Shown here in pieces: positions 18,656-29,070 of a stretch of DNA of 64,000 nt. Under the pieces are notes generated by a model. The model was not told where the DNA came from. It searched no databases and saw only the letters and a program-made list of their open reading frames with translations. Source of the DNA: Candidatus Spongiihabitans sp. (GTDB taxonomy: Bacteria > Pseudomonadota > Gammaproteobacteria > Arenicellales > Poriferihabitantaceae); the NCBI GenBank assembly GCA_965261335.1, contig OZ253450.1, positions 2,694,650-2,758,649 of the forward strand, read 5' to 3'. The number at the start of each line of letters is the position of its first letter. Position 1 is the stretch's first letter. Position numbers and translations under genes: made by a program.

Positions 18656-19780
18656 ATGATGATGTCAGAATCAGTATCAGATGACAGTTTAGTACCGAAT
18701 TCGGAGTCGGAGTCGGATTCGAAGTCCTATGTTCCGTTGGGGACACTATTTAAGCAAAAGCGAGAAGAGCATGGGTGGACTAGCGAAGATGCGGCCAAGT
18801 CCTTGCGGCTATCGGTGCAAAAGATTGAGGCATTGGAAAATGATGAATACGATAAATTGCCGAGTACCACTTATATTATCGGGTATTGGCGTAGCTATGC
18901 CCATTTGCTGGAATTAGACATTTCCGAATCCATCGAATTCCACAAAAGTAATCTGACATCCTCCCCGTCTGCTATTGCTTTAAATCCCGGTCAGCGTCAG
19001 GAAATTTCAGGTAATCAATCAGGGTTAATTTCCCTCGTGTCGTCGGTGGTGATCCTGTTCGCAATATGGTATTGGCAAAGTCCGGATAACGACTTTGTCG
19101 GTGACCAAGCAGACCGAAAATTACTGCAAGACTCAACCAATGAGAGCAATCAAATCGGGTTGGCGAGCAGAGATGCCACGACTCTAATACCGAATCAGCC
19201 CGATTCTCTCATATTACCAGTGCCCAATTTCTCTGACGATACAAAGAATACCGCAGTGGACAAGAGTGCGACGGTTACCATAGTGAGTGAGGATGCGGAT
19301 TCGTTGCCCTTGGGTTCATCGGATGCATCGACTCAAGCGGGTAGCGATGAGTATTCGGATACGGATGCCATTTCCCCGACACCACCACCGATACAGCCAC
19401 AACAAGTCGAAGAAACGTCAGTTATGTCCACGCAACCAATCGACAGAGCCAATGAGCCATTGCCTACACCGTCGCCCGAACTAGCGGATGATATCGAAGC
19501 TGAAATGCCAGTAATCGATTCCCCGAACTGGATATTCTTTAGCGTCGAAAAGCGTGGCTGGTTAGATGTGCGGGATGTTAACGGTGAAAAACTGATTTAT
19601 CGTATCGTGAATACAGGTGAATCCATCGCGTTACGAGGACAACCACCATTTTATGTGTTTGTAGGGGTTGTTGATGGGGTCAATATTGAATATTTGAATA
19701 AGCCGGTTCATTTTGAAGCCGATGCCGATAGTATTTTTGCACGTTTTAGAGTGGGTCGAGCAGTCAACACAAACCAATGA
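18656..19780 (+). CDS. rodZ: Cytoskeleton/cell-shape protein RodZ-like (XRE HTH + TM + DUF4115)
   Basis: N-terminal HTH (LGTLFKQKREEHGWTSEDAAKSLRL), one TM segment, a Pro/Ser-rich linker and a C-terminal WIFFSVEKRGWLDVRD... domain. Confidence 0.8.
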   Translation: MMMSESVSDDSLVPNSESESDSKSYVPLGTLFKQKREEHGWTSEDAAKSLRLSVQKIEALENDEYDKLPSTTYIIGYWRSYAHLLELDISESIEFHKSNLTSSPSAIALNPGQRQEISGNQSGLISLVSSVVILFAIWYWQSPDNDFVGDQADRKLLQDSTNESNQIGLASRDATTLIPNQPDSLILPVPNFSDDTKNTAVDKSATVTIVSEDADSLPLGSSDASTQAGSDEYSDTDAISPTPPPIQPQQVEETSVMSTQPIDRANEPLPTPSPELADDIEAEMPVIDSPNWIFFSVEKRGWLDVRDVNGEKLIYRIVNTGESIALRGQPPFYVFVGVVDGVNIEYLNKPVHFEADADSIFARFRVGRAVNTNQ

Positions 19781-21039
19781 GCAGTAAAATTCAAGCCGTT
19801 CGAGGAATGAACGACTTACTGCCAGACCAGATTGAAATATGGCATCATGTAGAATCGGTGTTACGCGAGATTGGCTGGCAATATGGGTATCAGGAAATGC
19901 GTACCCCGATGTTGGAGAAAACAGCGTTGTTTAAGCAATCCATTGGCGACCAGACCGACATCGTCGAAAAAGAAATGTACACCTTTACCGATAACGGTGA
20001 AGAGAGTCTTTCTTTACGACCGGAGGCGACTGCCAGCACGGTACGTGCTGCTATTCAGCATGGCATATTGCACAATCAGCAAAGACGCATTTGGTACATG
20101 GGTCCGATGTTTCGTCGTGAACGTCCGCAAAAAGGACGCTATCGGCAATTTCATCAATTTGGCATCGAGGCGTTTGGCTGGGCTGGACCGGATATTGATG
20201 TCGAGGTAATTCGGGTCGGTGCGCGTATCTGGAAAAAGTTAAACGTTGACGGAATGACGCTACAAATCAATACATTAGGATCAAATAAATCACGTCAAGC
20301 CTATCGCGTTGCGTTACAACATTTTTTACGCGACCATGTTGAGCAGCTTGATGAGGATAGTACGCGCAGACTGGAGAACAATCCGTTGCGTATTCTGGAC
20401 AGTAAAATACCAGAAACCCAGAGTATTTTGCTTAATGCGCCGCATATTCTCGAGTATTTGGAAGATGTAGAAAGAAACCATTTCGACGGCTTATGCGAAT
20501 CGCTGGAATATGCTGGCATCGGCTATACCATCAATTCAAAGCTGGTGCGTGGGCTAGATTACTATACCAGCACGGTTTTTGAGTGGACGACCGATCAGCT
20601 TGGAACACAAAACGCAGTGTGTGCTGGTGGCAGATATAATTCTTTGGTCGAGCATCGTGGCGGTAAACCAGTGGATGCTATTGGCTTTGCGGTGGGTATG
20701 GAAAGGTTAATTGAGCTGGTTACCAAACAAAATACTGAACATCACCATGCAAACGTCATATACTTTATCGATGTTATAGAATCGGCTGATGCGGGTTGTG
20801 CCACTATCGCGGAACGATTGCGGGATAATGGGTATCGGGTTATTAGTCACTGTGGCGGGGGAAAACTGAAAACACAGTTGAAACGTGCCGATCAATCAGG
20901 GGCTGAAATTGCGTTTATTGTTGGTCAATCGGAGCGACAAGAAGACGTTGTTTTAGTGAAACATCTGCGTACCAATGTCGAGCAACAAAAAATTCCTGTG
21001 GCGGACTTGGTTGCATGGTGTCATAACAACATATTGTAA
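19777..21039 (+). CDS. hisS: Histidine--tRNA ligase
   Basis: 420 aa with class II motifs (MRTPMLE, FRRERPQKGRYRQFHQFG, GGGRYNSL). Confidence 0.95.
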   Translation: MSSKIQAVRGMNDLLPDQIEIWHHVESVLREIGWQYGYQEMRTPMLEKTALFKQSIGDQTDIVEKEMYTFTDNGEESLSLRPEATASTVRAAIQHGILHNQQRRIWYMGPMFRRERPQKGRYRQFHQFGIEAFGWAGPDIDVEVIRVGARIWKKLNVDGMTLQINTLGSNKSRQAYRVALQHFLRDHVEQLDEDSTRRLENNPLRILDSKIPETQSILLNAPHILEYLEDVERNHFDGLCESLEYAGIGYTINSKLVRGLDYYTSTVFEWTTDQLGTQNAVCAGGRYNSLVEHRGGKPVDAIGFAVGMERLIELVTKQNTEHHHANVIYFIDVIESADAGCATIAERLRDNGYRVISHCGGGKLKTQLKRADQSGAEIAFIVGQSERQEDVVLVKHLRTNVEQQKIPVADLVAWCHNNIL

Positions 21040-21056
21040 ATTTTTGAGAGATTATA

Positions 21057-21704
21057 ATGGAGCAAGATAAATTACCACAACTCATCGAAAACGATGATTC
21101 TGCCCGAGCTAGAGCGTTTTGGAATGCCAATGGAACATCCATCATCGTTGGTATTATTGTTGTGCTGGGGGGAATAGCTGGATTCAATTATTGGAAAAGT
21201 TACCAACAAGATGAGGGGGAAAACGCCTCGTTTTTATTTGCTCGACTGGGGTCGGGACAAGCGGATATTGATACGGATTTGTTGGTTGATGAGTTACAGG
21301 AAAAATACACATCCACAGCCTATGCGGAATTAGCTACCTTTGCGAAGGCAAAGCAATTGGTCGAAAAGAATAATCTCGAATCGGCAGCACAGGAACTGAC
21401 ATGGGTAATCAATAATTCAACAAATTTCGGTTTCCAGCAAATTGCACGATTAAGATTGGCATCGGTATTGTTAGCTCAAAATAATCCCGAACAGGCTTTA
21501 GAGATGTTAAAGCTGGCGGATAACAGCAGTTTCGAGTCGCGCTATTATGAGTTAATCGGCGATGCTTATGCACAACGCAATCAGGAGGGGGATCGGGAGC
21601 AGGCAAAAAACGAATATCGCAAAAGTCTGGAAACAATGTCGCCGGGGACTGCCAATGCTAAGTGGGTGCAGCTTAAACTCGATAATATTGGAAATACGCA
21701 ATGA
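21057..21704 (+). CDS. YfgM-like TPR membrane protein (ancillary SecYEG translocon subunit family)
   Basis: 215 aa with one N-terminal TM and TPR-like repeats. It occupies the conserved slot between hisS and bamB. Confidence 0.7.
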   Translation: MEQDKLPQLIENDDSARARAFWNANGTSIIVGIIVVLGGIAGFNYWKSYQQDEGENASFLFARLGSGQADIDTDLLVDELQEKYTSTAYAELATFAKAKQLVEKNNLESAAQELTWVINNSTNFGFQQIARLRLASVLLAQNNPEQALEMLKLADNSSFESRYYELIGDAYAQRNQEGDREQAKNEYRKSLETMSPGTANAKWVQLKLDNIGNTQ

Positions 21705-22855
21705 ATAAATATCTGTTACTGGTGATTGCCTTAGCACTGTTGTCGGGTTGTACGAGCCGAGATAATGACTCTATTTGGGGGACTTATCAGGAGCCAATTC
21801 AAGCACAAACGCTACCACAAGACAGCGGTGCCAATGAATTAAAAACCGCATGGCGTAAAGATATTGGTAGCGGTGCTTCGGTCGGTTTCGCGTTACTAAA
21901 ACCAGCTTATTACAATGGCAGAATATTGGTTGCCAGCCGCACTGGTATGGTGTTTAGTTTTGATGCCGAAACGGGTGTTGAACAATGGCAGCAAGATCTC
22001 AAGATACCGATTTTTGCAGCCATTGGGGTGAATGATAATTTTGCCATCGTGACCCATGATAACGGCAATGTTAGCGCATTAAACGCAACTGATGGCACGG
22101 TCGCTTGGACGACATCAATCAAGCGTCAAATATCAGCGATTCCAGCGGTTGGCGGAGAACGGGTTATTATTCGTACTGCTGATGGCTTGCTTATCGGTCT
22201 TGATATGCGTGATGGTAACATTGTCTGGCAGATTGAAAAAGCGACACCCGGATTGAGTGTGCATGGCGACTCCACATCGATAATCACCGGTGATGCGGTG
22301 TTGACCGGTTTAGCGAGTGGTAAATTGATTGCTAATAACATACTTACTGGTCGGGATTATTGGGAAGTCGAAATTTCCTTTGCTCGTGGTCAGAATGAAT
22401 TGGAAAGACTAACCGATTCGGATACGTCTCCGATTGTTCGGGGGGCGACAGTGTATGCAGCCACTTATCAAGGTAGCGTCATCGCCTTGCAATTACAAGA
22501 TGTTGTGGTCAAGTGGCGTACAAAAATCTCCACTCGATTGTCGATGGCGATTGCGCAAAATCGTCTTTTCGTGATTGGTGAGCTAGGAGATGTGATTGCA
22601 TTAAACAGCGATGACGGTAGCATCGTTTGGCAACAGCAAGCATTTCGAGGGCATGGAATCAGTCAACCGGTGGTACTTAATAACCGTGTTATTGTGGGTG
22701 ACTCAAGCGGCAGAGTGCATACGCTGGATAGCGAAACTGGAATGCTGATAGAAAGCAAAAAAGTGGTGTCTGGCGCAGTGCTGAGTCTGATTACCGAAAA
22801 TTCACAATTCGCAGTATTATCGTCCACAGGCAAGCTCGTTGCACTCACCCTATAA
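21701..22855 (+). CDS. bamB: Outer membrane protein assembly factor BamB (PQQ-like beta-propeller lipoprotein)
   Basis: Lipobox LLSGC, repeated beta-propeller blades, and the conserved position before der. Confidence 0.85.
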   Translation: MNKYLLLVIALALLSGCTSRDNDSIWGTYQEPIQAQTLPQDSGANELKTAWRKDIGSGASVGFALLKPAYYNGRILVASRTGMVFSFDAETGVEQWQQDLKIPIFAAIGVNDNFAIVTHDNGNVSALNATDGTVAWTTSIKRQISAIPAVGGERVIIRTADGLLIGLDMRDGNIVWQIEKATPGLSVHGDSTSIITGDAVLTGLASGKLIANNILTGRDYWEVEISFARGQNELERLTDSDTSPIVRGATVYAATYQGSVIALQLQDVVVKWRTKISTRLSMAIAQNRLFVIGELGDVIALNSDDGSIVWQQQAFRGHGISQPVVLNNRVIVGDSSGRVHTLDSETGMLIESKKVVSGAVLSLITENSQFAVLSSTGKLVALTL

Positions 22856-22926
22856 CACGGCGTTGACGGCTCAACCATGCCGTCTGACAAGCACAAATTC
22901 AGCTCTAATGAGTGCCTGAATAAATA

Positions 22927-24297
22927 ATGATGCTTCCTGTCCTCGCCCTAGTGGGGCGCCCGAATGTTGGTAAATCCACTTTATTTAACAAACTGACTCG
23001 CACCAGAGATGCCTTGGTTGATGACCGACCCGGAGTGACCCGAGACAGATTATATGGGCGTGGTCGAATCGGAAATAAACCTTATCTGGTGGTTGATACG
23101 GGTGGCATTGAGGGAGAGGAGGGAGACTTTAGCGTACTGATAAAACAGCAGGTGGAGCAGGTCATCGAAGAAGCGGAAGTGGTTTTGTTTGTGGTTGATA
23201 GCAGTGACGGAATGGTGCCTCATGATAAGGAAATTGCTAGGCAGTTGCGACACAGTGGCAGACAGATTTATTTGCTCGTCAATAAAACAGAAGGCATCGC
23301 TGCCAATCTAGCCACTTCAGAATTTCAGGAGTTGGCATTAGGCAGTCCGATTGCAATATCGGCAAAGCGCGGGGATGGCATAGCCAGGTTAATCGGCGAG
23401 GCAATGAAGTCATATCCCGATATAGAGGATGAAGAAGATACGCAGACACCCAAAATTGCTATTATAGGCAGACCGAATGTCGGCAAGTCAACATTAACCA
23501 ATAAACTGGTAGGCGAGCATCGAGTCATTGTCAGCGATATACCCGGAACAACCCGAGATAGCGTTCATATTCCGCTCGTTGCTGGGCACAATAAATACAT
23601 CTTGATTGATACTGCTGGGGTCAGAAAAAAATCGAAAGTCGATGAAACCATCGAGAAGTTCTCGGTTATAAAAACGCTACAAGCGATTGAAACTTGTCAT
23701 GTGGTATTGCTGGTTGTGGACGCTTCAACCGAAATCGGCGCCCAAGATGCAGCCATAGCCGGCATGGTGCGTGATTTTGGACGCTCCATCGTGGTGATTG
23801 TCAATAAATGGGATGGGTTGGGAGAGCGACAGCGGAAAAAAATTAAACAGGACATAAAAAGCAAGCTGGCATTTTTAGCATACCCAGAAATAATTTGCAT
23901 ATCAGCCCTGCATGGCTCTAATATCGTAGCAGTGATGCCAGCAGCGCGACGAGCCTATGATTCGGCGATGGTGAGCATTGCCACTTCCAGCTTAAATAGA
24001 ACGCTCGCGAATGCGCTAACCAAAACCCCGCCACCGATGCATAACCAGCGACCAGTACGGTTAAAATTTGCTCATCAAGCTGGAAAAAATCCACCGCTAG
24101 TGGTCATACATGGCAATCAGGCAAACACCATACCCGATTCGTATCGGCGATATTTGTCCCGATATTTTGCCCAAGCCTATAATCTGACCGGTACACCCGT
24201 ACAGATTATTCCCCGCGTGACTGAAAACCCATTCAAATTGCGCAATCCGGCAAATACAGTGTTTAAGAAGCGCATCGGCAGGAACAAAAAACTGTAA
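22927..24297 (+). CDS. der: Ribosome-biogenesis GTPase Der (EngA)
   Basis: Two tandem G-domains (GRPNVGKSTLFN and GRPNVGKSTLTN) plus a KH-like C-terminus. Confidence 0.95.
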   Translation: MMLPVLALVGRPNVGKSTLFNKLTRTRDALVDDRPGVTRDRLYGRGRIGNKPYLVVDTGGIEGEEGDFSVLIKQQVEQVIEEAEVVLFVVDSSDGMVPHDKEIARQLRHSGRQIYLLVNKTEGIAANLATSEFQELALGSPIAISAKRGDGIARLIGEAMKSYPDIEDEEDTQTPKIAIIGRPNVGKSTLTNKLVGEHRVIVSDIPGTTRDSVHIPLVAGHNKYILIDTAGVRKKSKVDETIEKFSVIKTLQAIETCHVVLLVVDASTEIGAQDAAIAGMVRDFGRSIVVIVNKWDGLGERQRKKIKQDIKSKLAFLAYPEIICISALHGSNIVAVMPAARRAYDSAMVSIATSSLNRTLANALTKTPPPMHNQRPVRLKFAHQAGKNPPLVVIHGNQANTIPDSYRRYLSRYFAQAYNLTGTPVQIIPRVTENPFKLRNPANTVFKKRIGRNKKL

Positions 24298-24377
24298 GAG
24301 ACCTTGATATAAACTTCCTCATACCACACGATTTTTCCTGATCTAGCAAACAAAATCTCGGTTCGTGCATAGGTCTC
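24298..24377. mobile_element. MITE1 copy D (80 bp, internally deleted)
   Basis: Starts GAGACCTTG immediately after the der stop and ends TCGTGCATAGGTCTC. It lacks about 45 bp of the left arm. Confidence 0.7.
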
Positions 24378-24382
24378 TTTCC

Positions 24383-25510
24383 TTGAATTCCCACAATAAG
24401 TGCAACACTCCTAAGTCAGTCAAAGGGTACACTCGTACTCTTTTAACTGAACGGAAAAAAGGAGTAAAACATGACGAGATATACCCATTTGACTGAACAC
24501 GAAAGATACCACATTTACCTCATGAATCAGCAAAACTGTACACTGACAGAAATGCTAAAACCATGGGCAGAAGTAGGTCAACCATCAGCCGTGAAATTAA
24601 ACGCAATACCGGGGGCAACGGCTATCGCTACAAACAAGCCCACCGCTTTGCCCAAACGAGGCATCAGCAAAAGCCCAAGCACATCAGGCTCAATGACGAG
24701 TTAAATATTCATATTCAACAAAAGCTTGCGCTGTACTGGAGTCCTGAACAAATTAGCGGTCGGCAAGAAAATGGAGGAAAATATCAGTATTAGCACCGAA
24801 TCCATCTATCATCTCATTTTGAAAGACAAAGTAGCGGATGGGTCGTTATATCGATACTTGCGCCATCAGGGTAAGAAATATCGCAAGCGTTATGGGCAGA
24901 ACGATTACCGCGGACGCATCCCCAATCGGGTTGATATTACTAATAGACCCAGTATAGTGGACAATCGTTCGCGTATAGGCGTAGTGATAGAGGGGGGAGA
25001 AGCTGATTGTGTTATCGGTAAGGGTCGTCAAGGGGTGTTTGCCACCCTTGCTGAACGCAAAAGTAGGCTTTATCTCGCACTTCGGACTAAGAACAAAACC
25101 GCAAAAGAAACCAACGCGGCTATACTCAGGTTGTTAAAGCATATGAAACAACATGTAATGACACTAACCTTTGATAACGACAGGGAATTTTGTTGGCATA
25201 GTGAGCTTGCCAAACAACTCGAGTGTGAAACTTATTTTGCTAAACCGTATCACTCTTGGGAGCGTGGCTTGAATGCCAAATAATCATCTGGCACAATGGC
25301 TTGCTCATACTTTTTGCTCCGGCAGTTTTTTCCAAAGAAAATGCCTTTGCATAAAGTCACCGAAAAAGAGCGGTTCAAAGCTACCGATTTAATGAACAAC
25401 CGACCTAGAAAATGTTTGGGGTATAAAACCCCTTGGGAGGTCTTTTCCCGCACAATGGGAATAGATCATAATATAAACCCGAGTGTTGCACTTATGAGTT
25501 GCAATTCGCC
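24383..25510 (+). mobile_element. IS30-family element, copy A (transposase broken into at least 4 frames)
   Basis: Ends TTGAATTCCCACAATAAGTGCAACACTCC and GAGTGTTGCACTTATGAGTTGCAATTCGCC. ORF pieces read MTRYTHLTEHERYHIYL..., ...STISREIKRN... and ...PYHSWERGLN.... Confidence 0.85.
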
Positions 25511-25514
25511 CCTT

Positions 25515-25563
25515 TTTCATTGTGGAAAACTTAATCTATACCCATAGGGTTGCCAGAAGAACC
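25515..25563 (+). mobile_element. ISL3-family right-end fragment
   Basis: Matches the terminal approximately 50 bp of the ISL3 fragment at 44745-44795 (..FHCGKLNLYP* plus end). Confidence 0.6.
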
Positions 25564-25968
25564 CAATTTATATTCTCTCATGCGTCAGCTACTGCCGGGG
25601 GAGTTGTCCCTGCATCGTGCGATAACACTGCACTGGCGACTGCACGCCATCTCGACAAAAGCAGTTAGAACGGGATGTCAACTCTTGGTCAAAATGCGGG
25701 AAAACCACAGAATACTCCTAGAACAAGTCTTACTAGCACTGAATAGGTTTGAAGTGCCACCCGCCCATCTAACCCAATATCGGACAAGAGGGACATCTTA
25801 TGCAGAAGGTTACTCCAAAACAACCAATTTAGCACTGACAATGCACTGATCAACGGTTTTTTGAGTAAACTTCTCGGTAATATCTGTTGTAATGACCAAC
25901 CATAAGGCTTGAAAGAGAAATTTACAGATCATTGAAGTGCTGGCACTACTCTATCTGGGGATTTGGGA
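25564..25968 (+). mobile_element. IS1380-family 3' fragment
   Basis: Collinear with 44005-44410. Encodes ...AVRTGCQLLVKMRENHRILLEQV... and ends in CTATCTGGGGATTTGGGA. Confidence 0.75.
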
Positions 25969-25998
25969 TGTCCGAAAACATGGCACACTATTTCCAAA

Positions 25999-26445
25999 CT
26001 AACCTGAATTTCCGAGATATTTTTTATCGGATTCTTCGACCGGACCAACTGTCCATGCACCCCGTGTTCTGGCATGTTTAATCGCCGCATCTATCTCGCT
26101 TTGCCGAGCGTTTCTTGGTATCGTCAATATCTGTCCCGGATAAATCAAATCAGCGTCTTTAATTTGATCGAGATTAGCTTTGTAAATCAACGGCCAATTC
26201 TCTGGCACATTGTAAACCTCTTCTTCACTCGAAATAGTCCACAGACTATCACCTGTTATCACTGGCCAAGTAGACCCAGACCTAGACCCAACAACCGTAT
26301 CCACAACTGCATCTACAGGTTCTGCTGGCACCGCCACATCCGTCGGTTTGCTCTTCGCACTGATACAGCCAGTCGTCAGAATCGCAATAAACAAAGTGGT
26401 GATGAGTTTCAGTATTGATTTGTTATTTTGATGTATTCTTTGCAT
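25999..26445 (-). CDS. LysM-domain lipoprotein
   Basis: Lipobox ILTTGC and a C-terminal LysM (GDSLWTIS...ADLIYPGQILTIP). The start at 26445 is preferred over 26490. Confidence 0.7.
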   Translation of the reverse strand: MQRIHQNNKSILKLITTLFIAILTTGCISAKSKPTDVAVPAEPVDAVVDTVVGSRSGSTWPVITGDSLWTISSEEEVYNVPENWPLIYKANLDQIKDADLIYPGQILTIPRNARQSEIDAAIKHARTRGAWTVGPVEESDKKYLGNSG

Positions 26446-26584
26446 ACTAGGATGTCTCCTGTTTCTTAAATATTGAAGTAAATGTCGCAAAAAGCATGTA
26501 ACAAGCTCATGCTTCCTACCTGACGTAGTTTAACGCCCAATACCTTTTGTATGCAAGCAATAATTATAGATAATTTTCATAATA

Positions 26585-26940
26585 AGAGACATTTGCATAA
26601 ACCCACCCAGCGGCACCACTAAAATGGTAAAATAGCGTTCATTAAGGGCTTGTCGGTTAATTCAAAATCAGTCCAATTTTAAGAAAAGAAAATATTTAAT
26701 AACAAGGGCTTAAATATTCACAACAAACTAAAAACCCCATTTTCCGACAAGCCCATTAAATAAACCTTGAGGATACCGTCAAATGTCTTGGAAACAAACC
26801 GCCCAATACTCGTTCGCAGATGCCCTTTTAATTATTGAGCGTAAATCATTGTCCAAACTAGATGATATGCATGAAATTATCGATTGGAAACAGACAGAAA
26901 CCACGTTCAGCCATCTTTAATGCCTCCAAGTGCGGTGTGC
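26585..26940 (+). mobile_element. IS5-group element (same type as 37881-39097), 5' fragment carrying a MITE2 insertion
   Basis: Terminus GAGACATTTGCATAAACCCACC, then the leader and first approximately 50 codons (MSWKQTAQYSFADALL...). Homology to the intact copy stops at 26940. Confidence 0.75.
26646..26754. mobile_element. MITE2 copy 2
   Basis: GGGCTTGTCGG...CCGACAAGCCC flanked by the direct repeat ATTAA/ATTAA. Confidence 0.9.
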
Positions 26941-26959
26941 AGTTCAGGAAGCCCTATAA

Positions 26960-28168
26960 GGGCTTGTCGGTTAATAGATCGAAAGCATGAGATAATAACC
27001 GCGAAATTCAAAGCGGGTCTTATTTATGAACAAACGCCAACAAAACACGCTGTTTATAGCACTAGACGATCTGGTGCTAGCAAACCATCCCTATCGTAAG
27101 CTTGATGCTTTATTGTCATTCGATGAACTATCCAAACCTTACGTTAATCTCTAATTCGGCTAAAGGTCGCAAAGAAAAAGGGGTTGCCTTTGGCTTGCGC
27201 ACACTGGTTTTACCATTCATGGAATATATGAGCGACCGTGAAATGGAACGTTTTTTGCAAGAGAACAATTCTGGAAAATGGTTTTGCGAATTGAATTTAG
27301 GAGAGAAGTCCCCCGGATCACAGTTACTTTGGTGATTTTCGGAAACGACTGGGTACAAAAAACTTAATGACGATTTTTAACCGTGTTCGTAAAAGACTGA
27401 AGTCTATGGATTTAATTCGTGAAGTTTTTACCTTTGTTGATGCTAAGTCACTCGGGTGAGTAAGCTGACCACTTGGGACGATAGAGATCGTGCTATTAAG
27501 GACTGTTTAGAGAAGTTTAATAATAAGACGGCTGAAAAAATAGCAGTTGATAATGGGGGCTTTGGTTGTAAGGGCGTAACCAGTTTTGGTATGGTTATAA
27601 AAAACACGCATCGGTTGATATGCAGAGTGGTTTAATCAATAAGATTGCTGCCATATCGGTGGCAATAACCGATGCTGAAGGTGTTGCTCACGTTTGCCCC
27701 ACAGGAGGTGCTGTTTTTGGCGATAAGGGGACTGTGTGAACCCAGCCAAAACCACCCTCAAACGCAAAGGCTGTCATGATGCAACGATTAAGAAAGCCAA
27801 CATGAAAGGCAAAGATGCTAAAAAAGATGGTTGGCTTTCAGCGATGCGTTCACCTTATGAACGTGTCTTTGCTCACCGTAACCGGCGTGTTCGTTATCGT
27901 GGTTTGAAGAAGGTGCAATTTCAGGTAGGCATCCAGCACTGACTTTCAACCTCAAAAGAGTAATTACGCTGGGTTTTGAAAACATCAATTTGGTGCCTGA
28001 CTAGGGTCAATACTAGGATAAATTCGTCTTAAATTTATCTAAAGAACATGATTTAAGGCACCCATAGCCTAAAATAGCCCATTGGGACTTAAATAAAGCG
28101 GACTATTGTCCGTTTATTTGAACAAATATGTGAATTTTGACATTATTTTTTAATTAACCGACAAGCCC
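26960..28168 (+). mobile_element. Degraded IS5-family element with GGGCTTGTCGG termini (putative autonomous parent of MITE2)
   Basis: 1209 bp with the same 11-bp termini as MITE2. Transposase remnants lie in several frames (MNKRQQNTLF..LANHPYRKLD.., ..RVRYRGLKKVQFQ..). Flanks are TATAA/TATAC. Confidence 0.75.
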
Positions 28169-28181
28169 TATACGCTTGACA

Positions 28182-29057
28182 ATGTTCAAACTCCTGTGAA
28201 TCATGCAATGAATCATGCACATTGCTAGGCGTATAGGTCATTTTCTTGATAACCATATTCATCGGTATTGGCGTGCAGCTTAAATCCGTAGGTACTTTTA
28301 CGCCTGCCATCGGATGCCGTTTTCACGTTCCATGCCGCTTCTGGGTCTTGGGTATTGTCGCCTTGTTTGTTCTTTTTAGAACGGCATTGCTTCGCCTCAA
28401 TCACAGTCGCATCGATAATATTGACCGAGCCTGTGGCAACAATAAGACTGTTTTTAGCGAGATGATGATTGATCTGCACCAATAAAGAATCAAGCAGATT
28501 TTCGGTGTGTAATAAGTTCCTAAACCGCCAAATGGTGGAATGATCGGGTACTGCATCACTGAGGCTCAAACCAATAAACCGGCGGAACATTAAATCTTGG
28601 GCTATCTGTTCTTCTAAGGCTTCATCGCTTAAGTTATACCACGCCTGTAAAATCAGTATCTTAAACATCATCAAAGGTGGGCATACCCAAAGGGCACAAG
28701 TGCTGGCACACCGCACTTGGAGGCATAAAGATGGCTGAGCGTGGTTTCGATCTGTTTCCAATCGATAATTTCATGCACATCATCTAGTTTGGACAATGAC
28801 TTATGCTCAATTAAAAGGGCATCTGCGAACGAGTATTGGGCGGTTTGTTTCCAAGACATTTGACGGTATCCTCAAGGGTTTATTTAATGGGCTTGTCGGA
28901 AAATGGGATTTTTAGTTTGTTGTGAATATTTAAGCCCTTGTTATTAAACATTTTATTTTCTTAAAATTGGACTGATTTTGAATTAACCGACAAGCCCTTA
29001 ATGAACGCTATTTTACCATTTTAGTGGTGCCACTGGGTGGATTTATGCAAAGGTCTC
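28182..29057 (-). mobile_element. IS5-group element, partial inverted copy (lacks about 115 C-terminal codons) carrying MITE2 at the same site as the 26585 fragment
   Basis: Collinear with 38402-39097. Has small indels (an 11-bp duplication near 28205 and a 16-bp insertion near 28690). Ends ...GGATTTATGCAAAGGTCTC. Confidence 0.8.
28889..28997. mobile_element. MITE2 copy 3
   Basis: Same termini, flanked by TTAAT/TTAAT, the reverse complement of the copy 2 duplication. Confidence 0.9.
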
Positions 29058-29070
29058 AATATAATGATCC

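Noticed and set aside
18078-18746. 222-aa minus-strand ORF
   Set aside because: It lies antisense to the 3' half of rlmN. It has the Ser/Arg/Cys-rich composition typical of a shadow frame and no independent support.
12112-19780. Synteny departures from E. coli: no rpsO-pnp after truB and no ispG between rodZ and hisS
   Set aside because: Gene order at these points varies among gammaproteobacteria. Without comparative genomes this cannot be called a rearrangement. No scar is visible at the rodZ/hisS junction, where the genes overlap by 4 nt.
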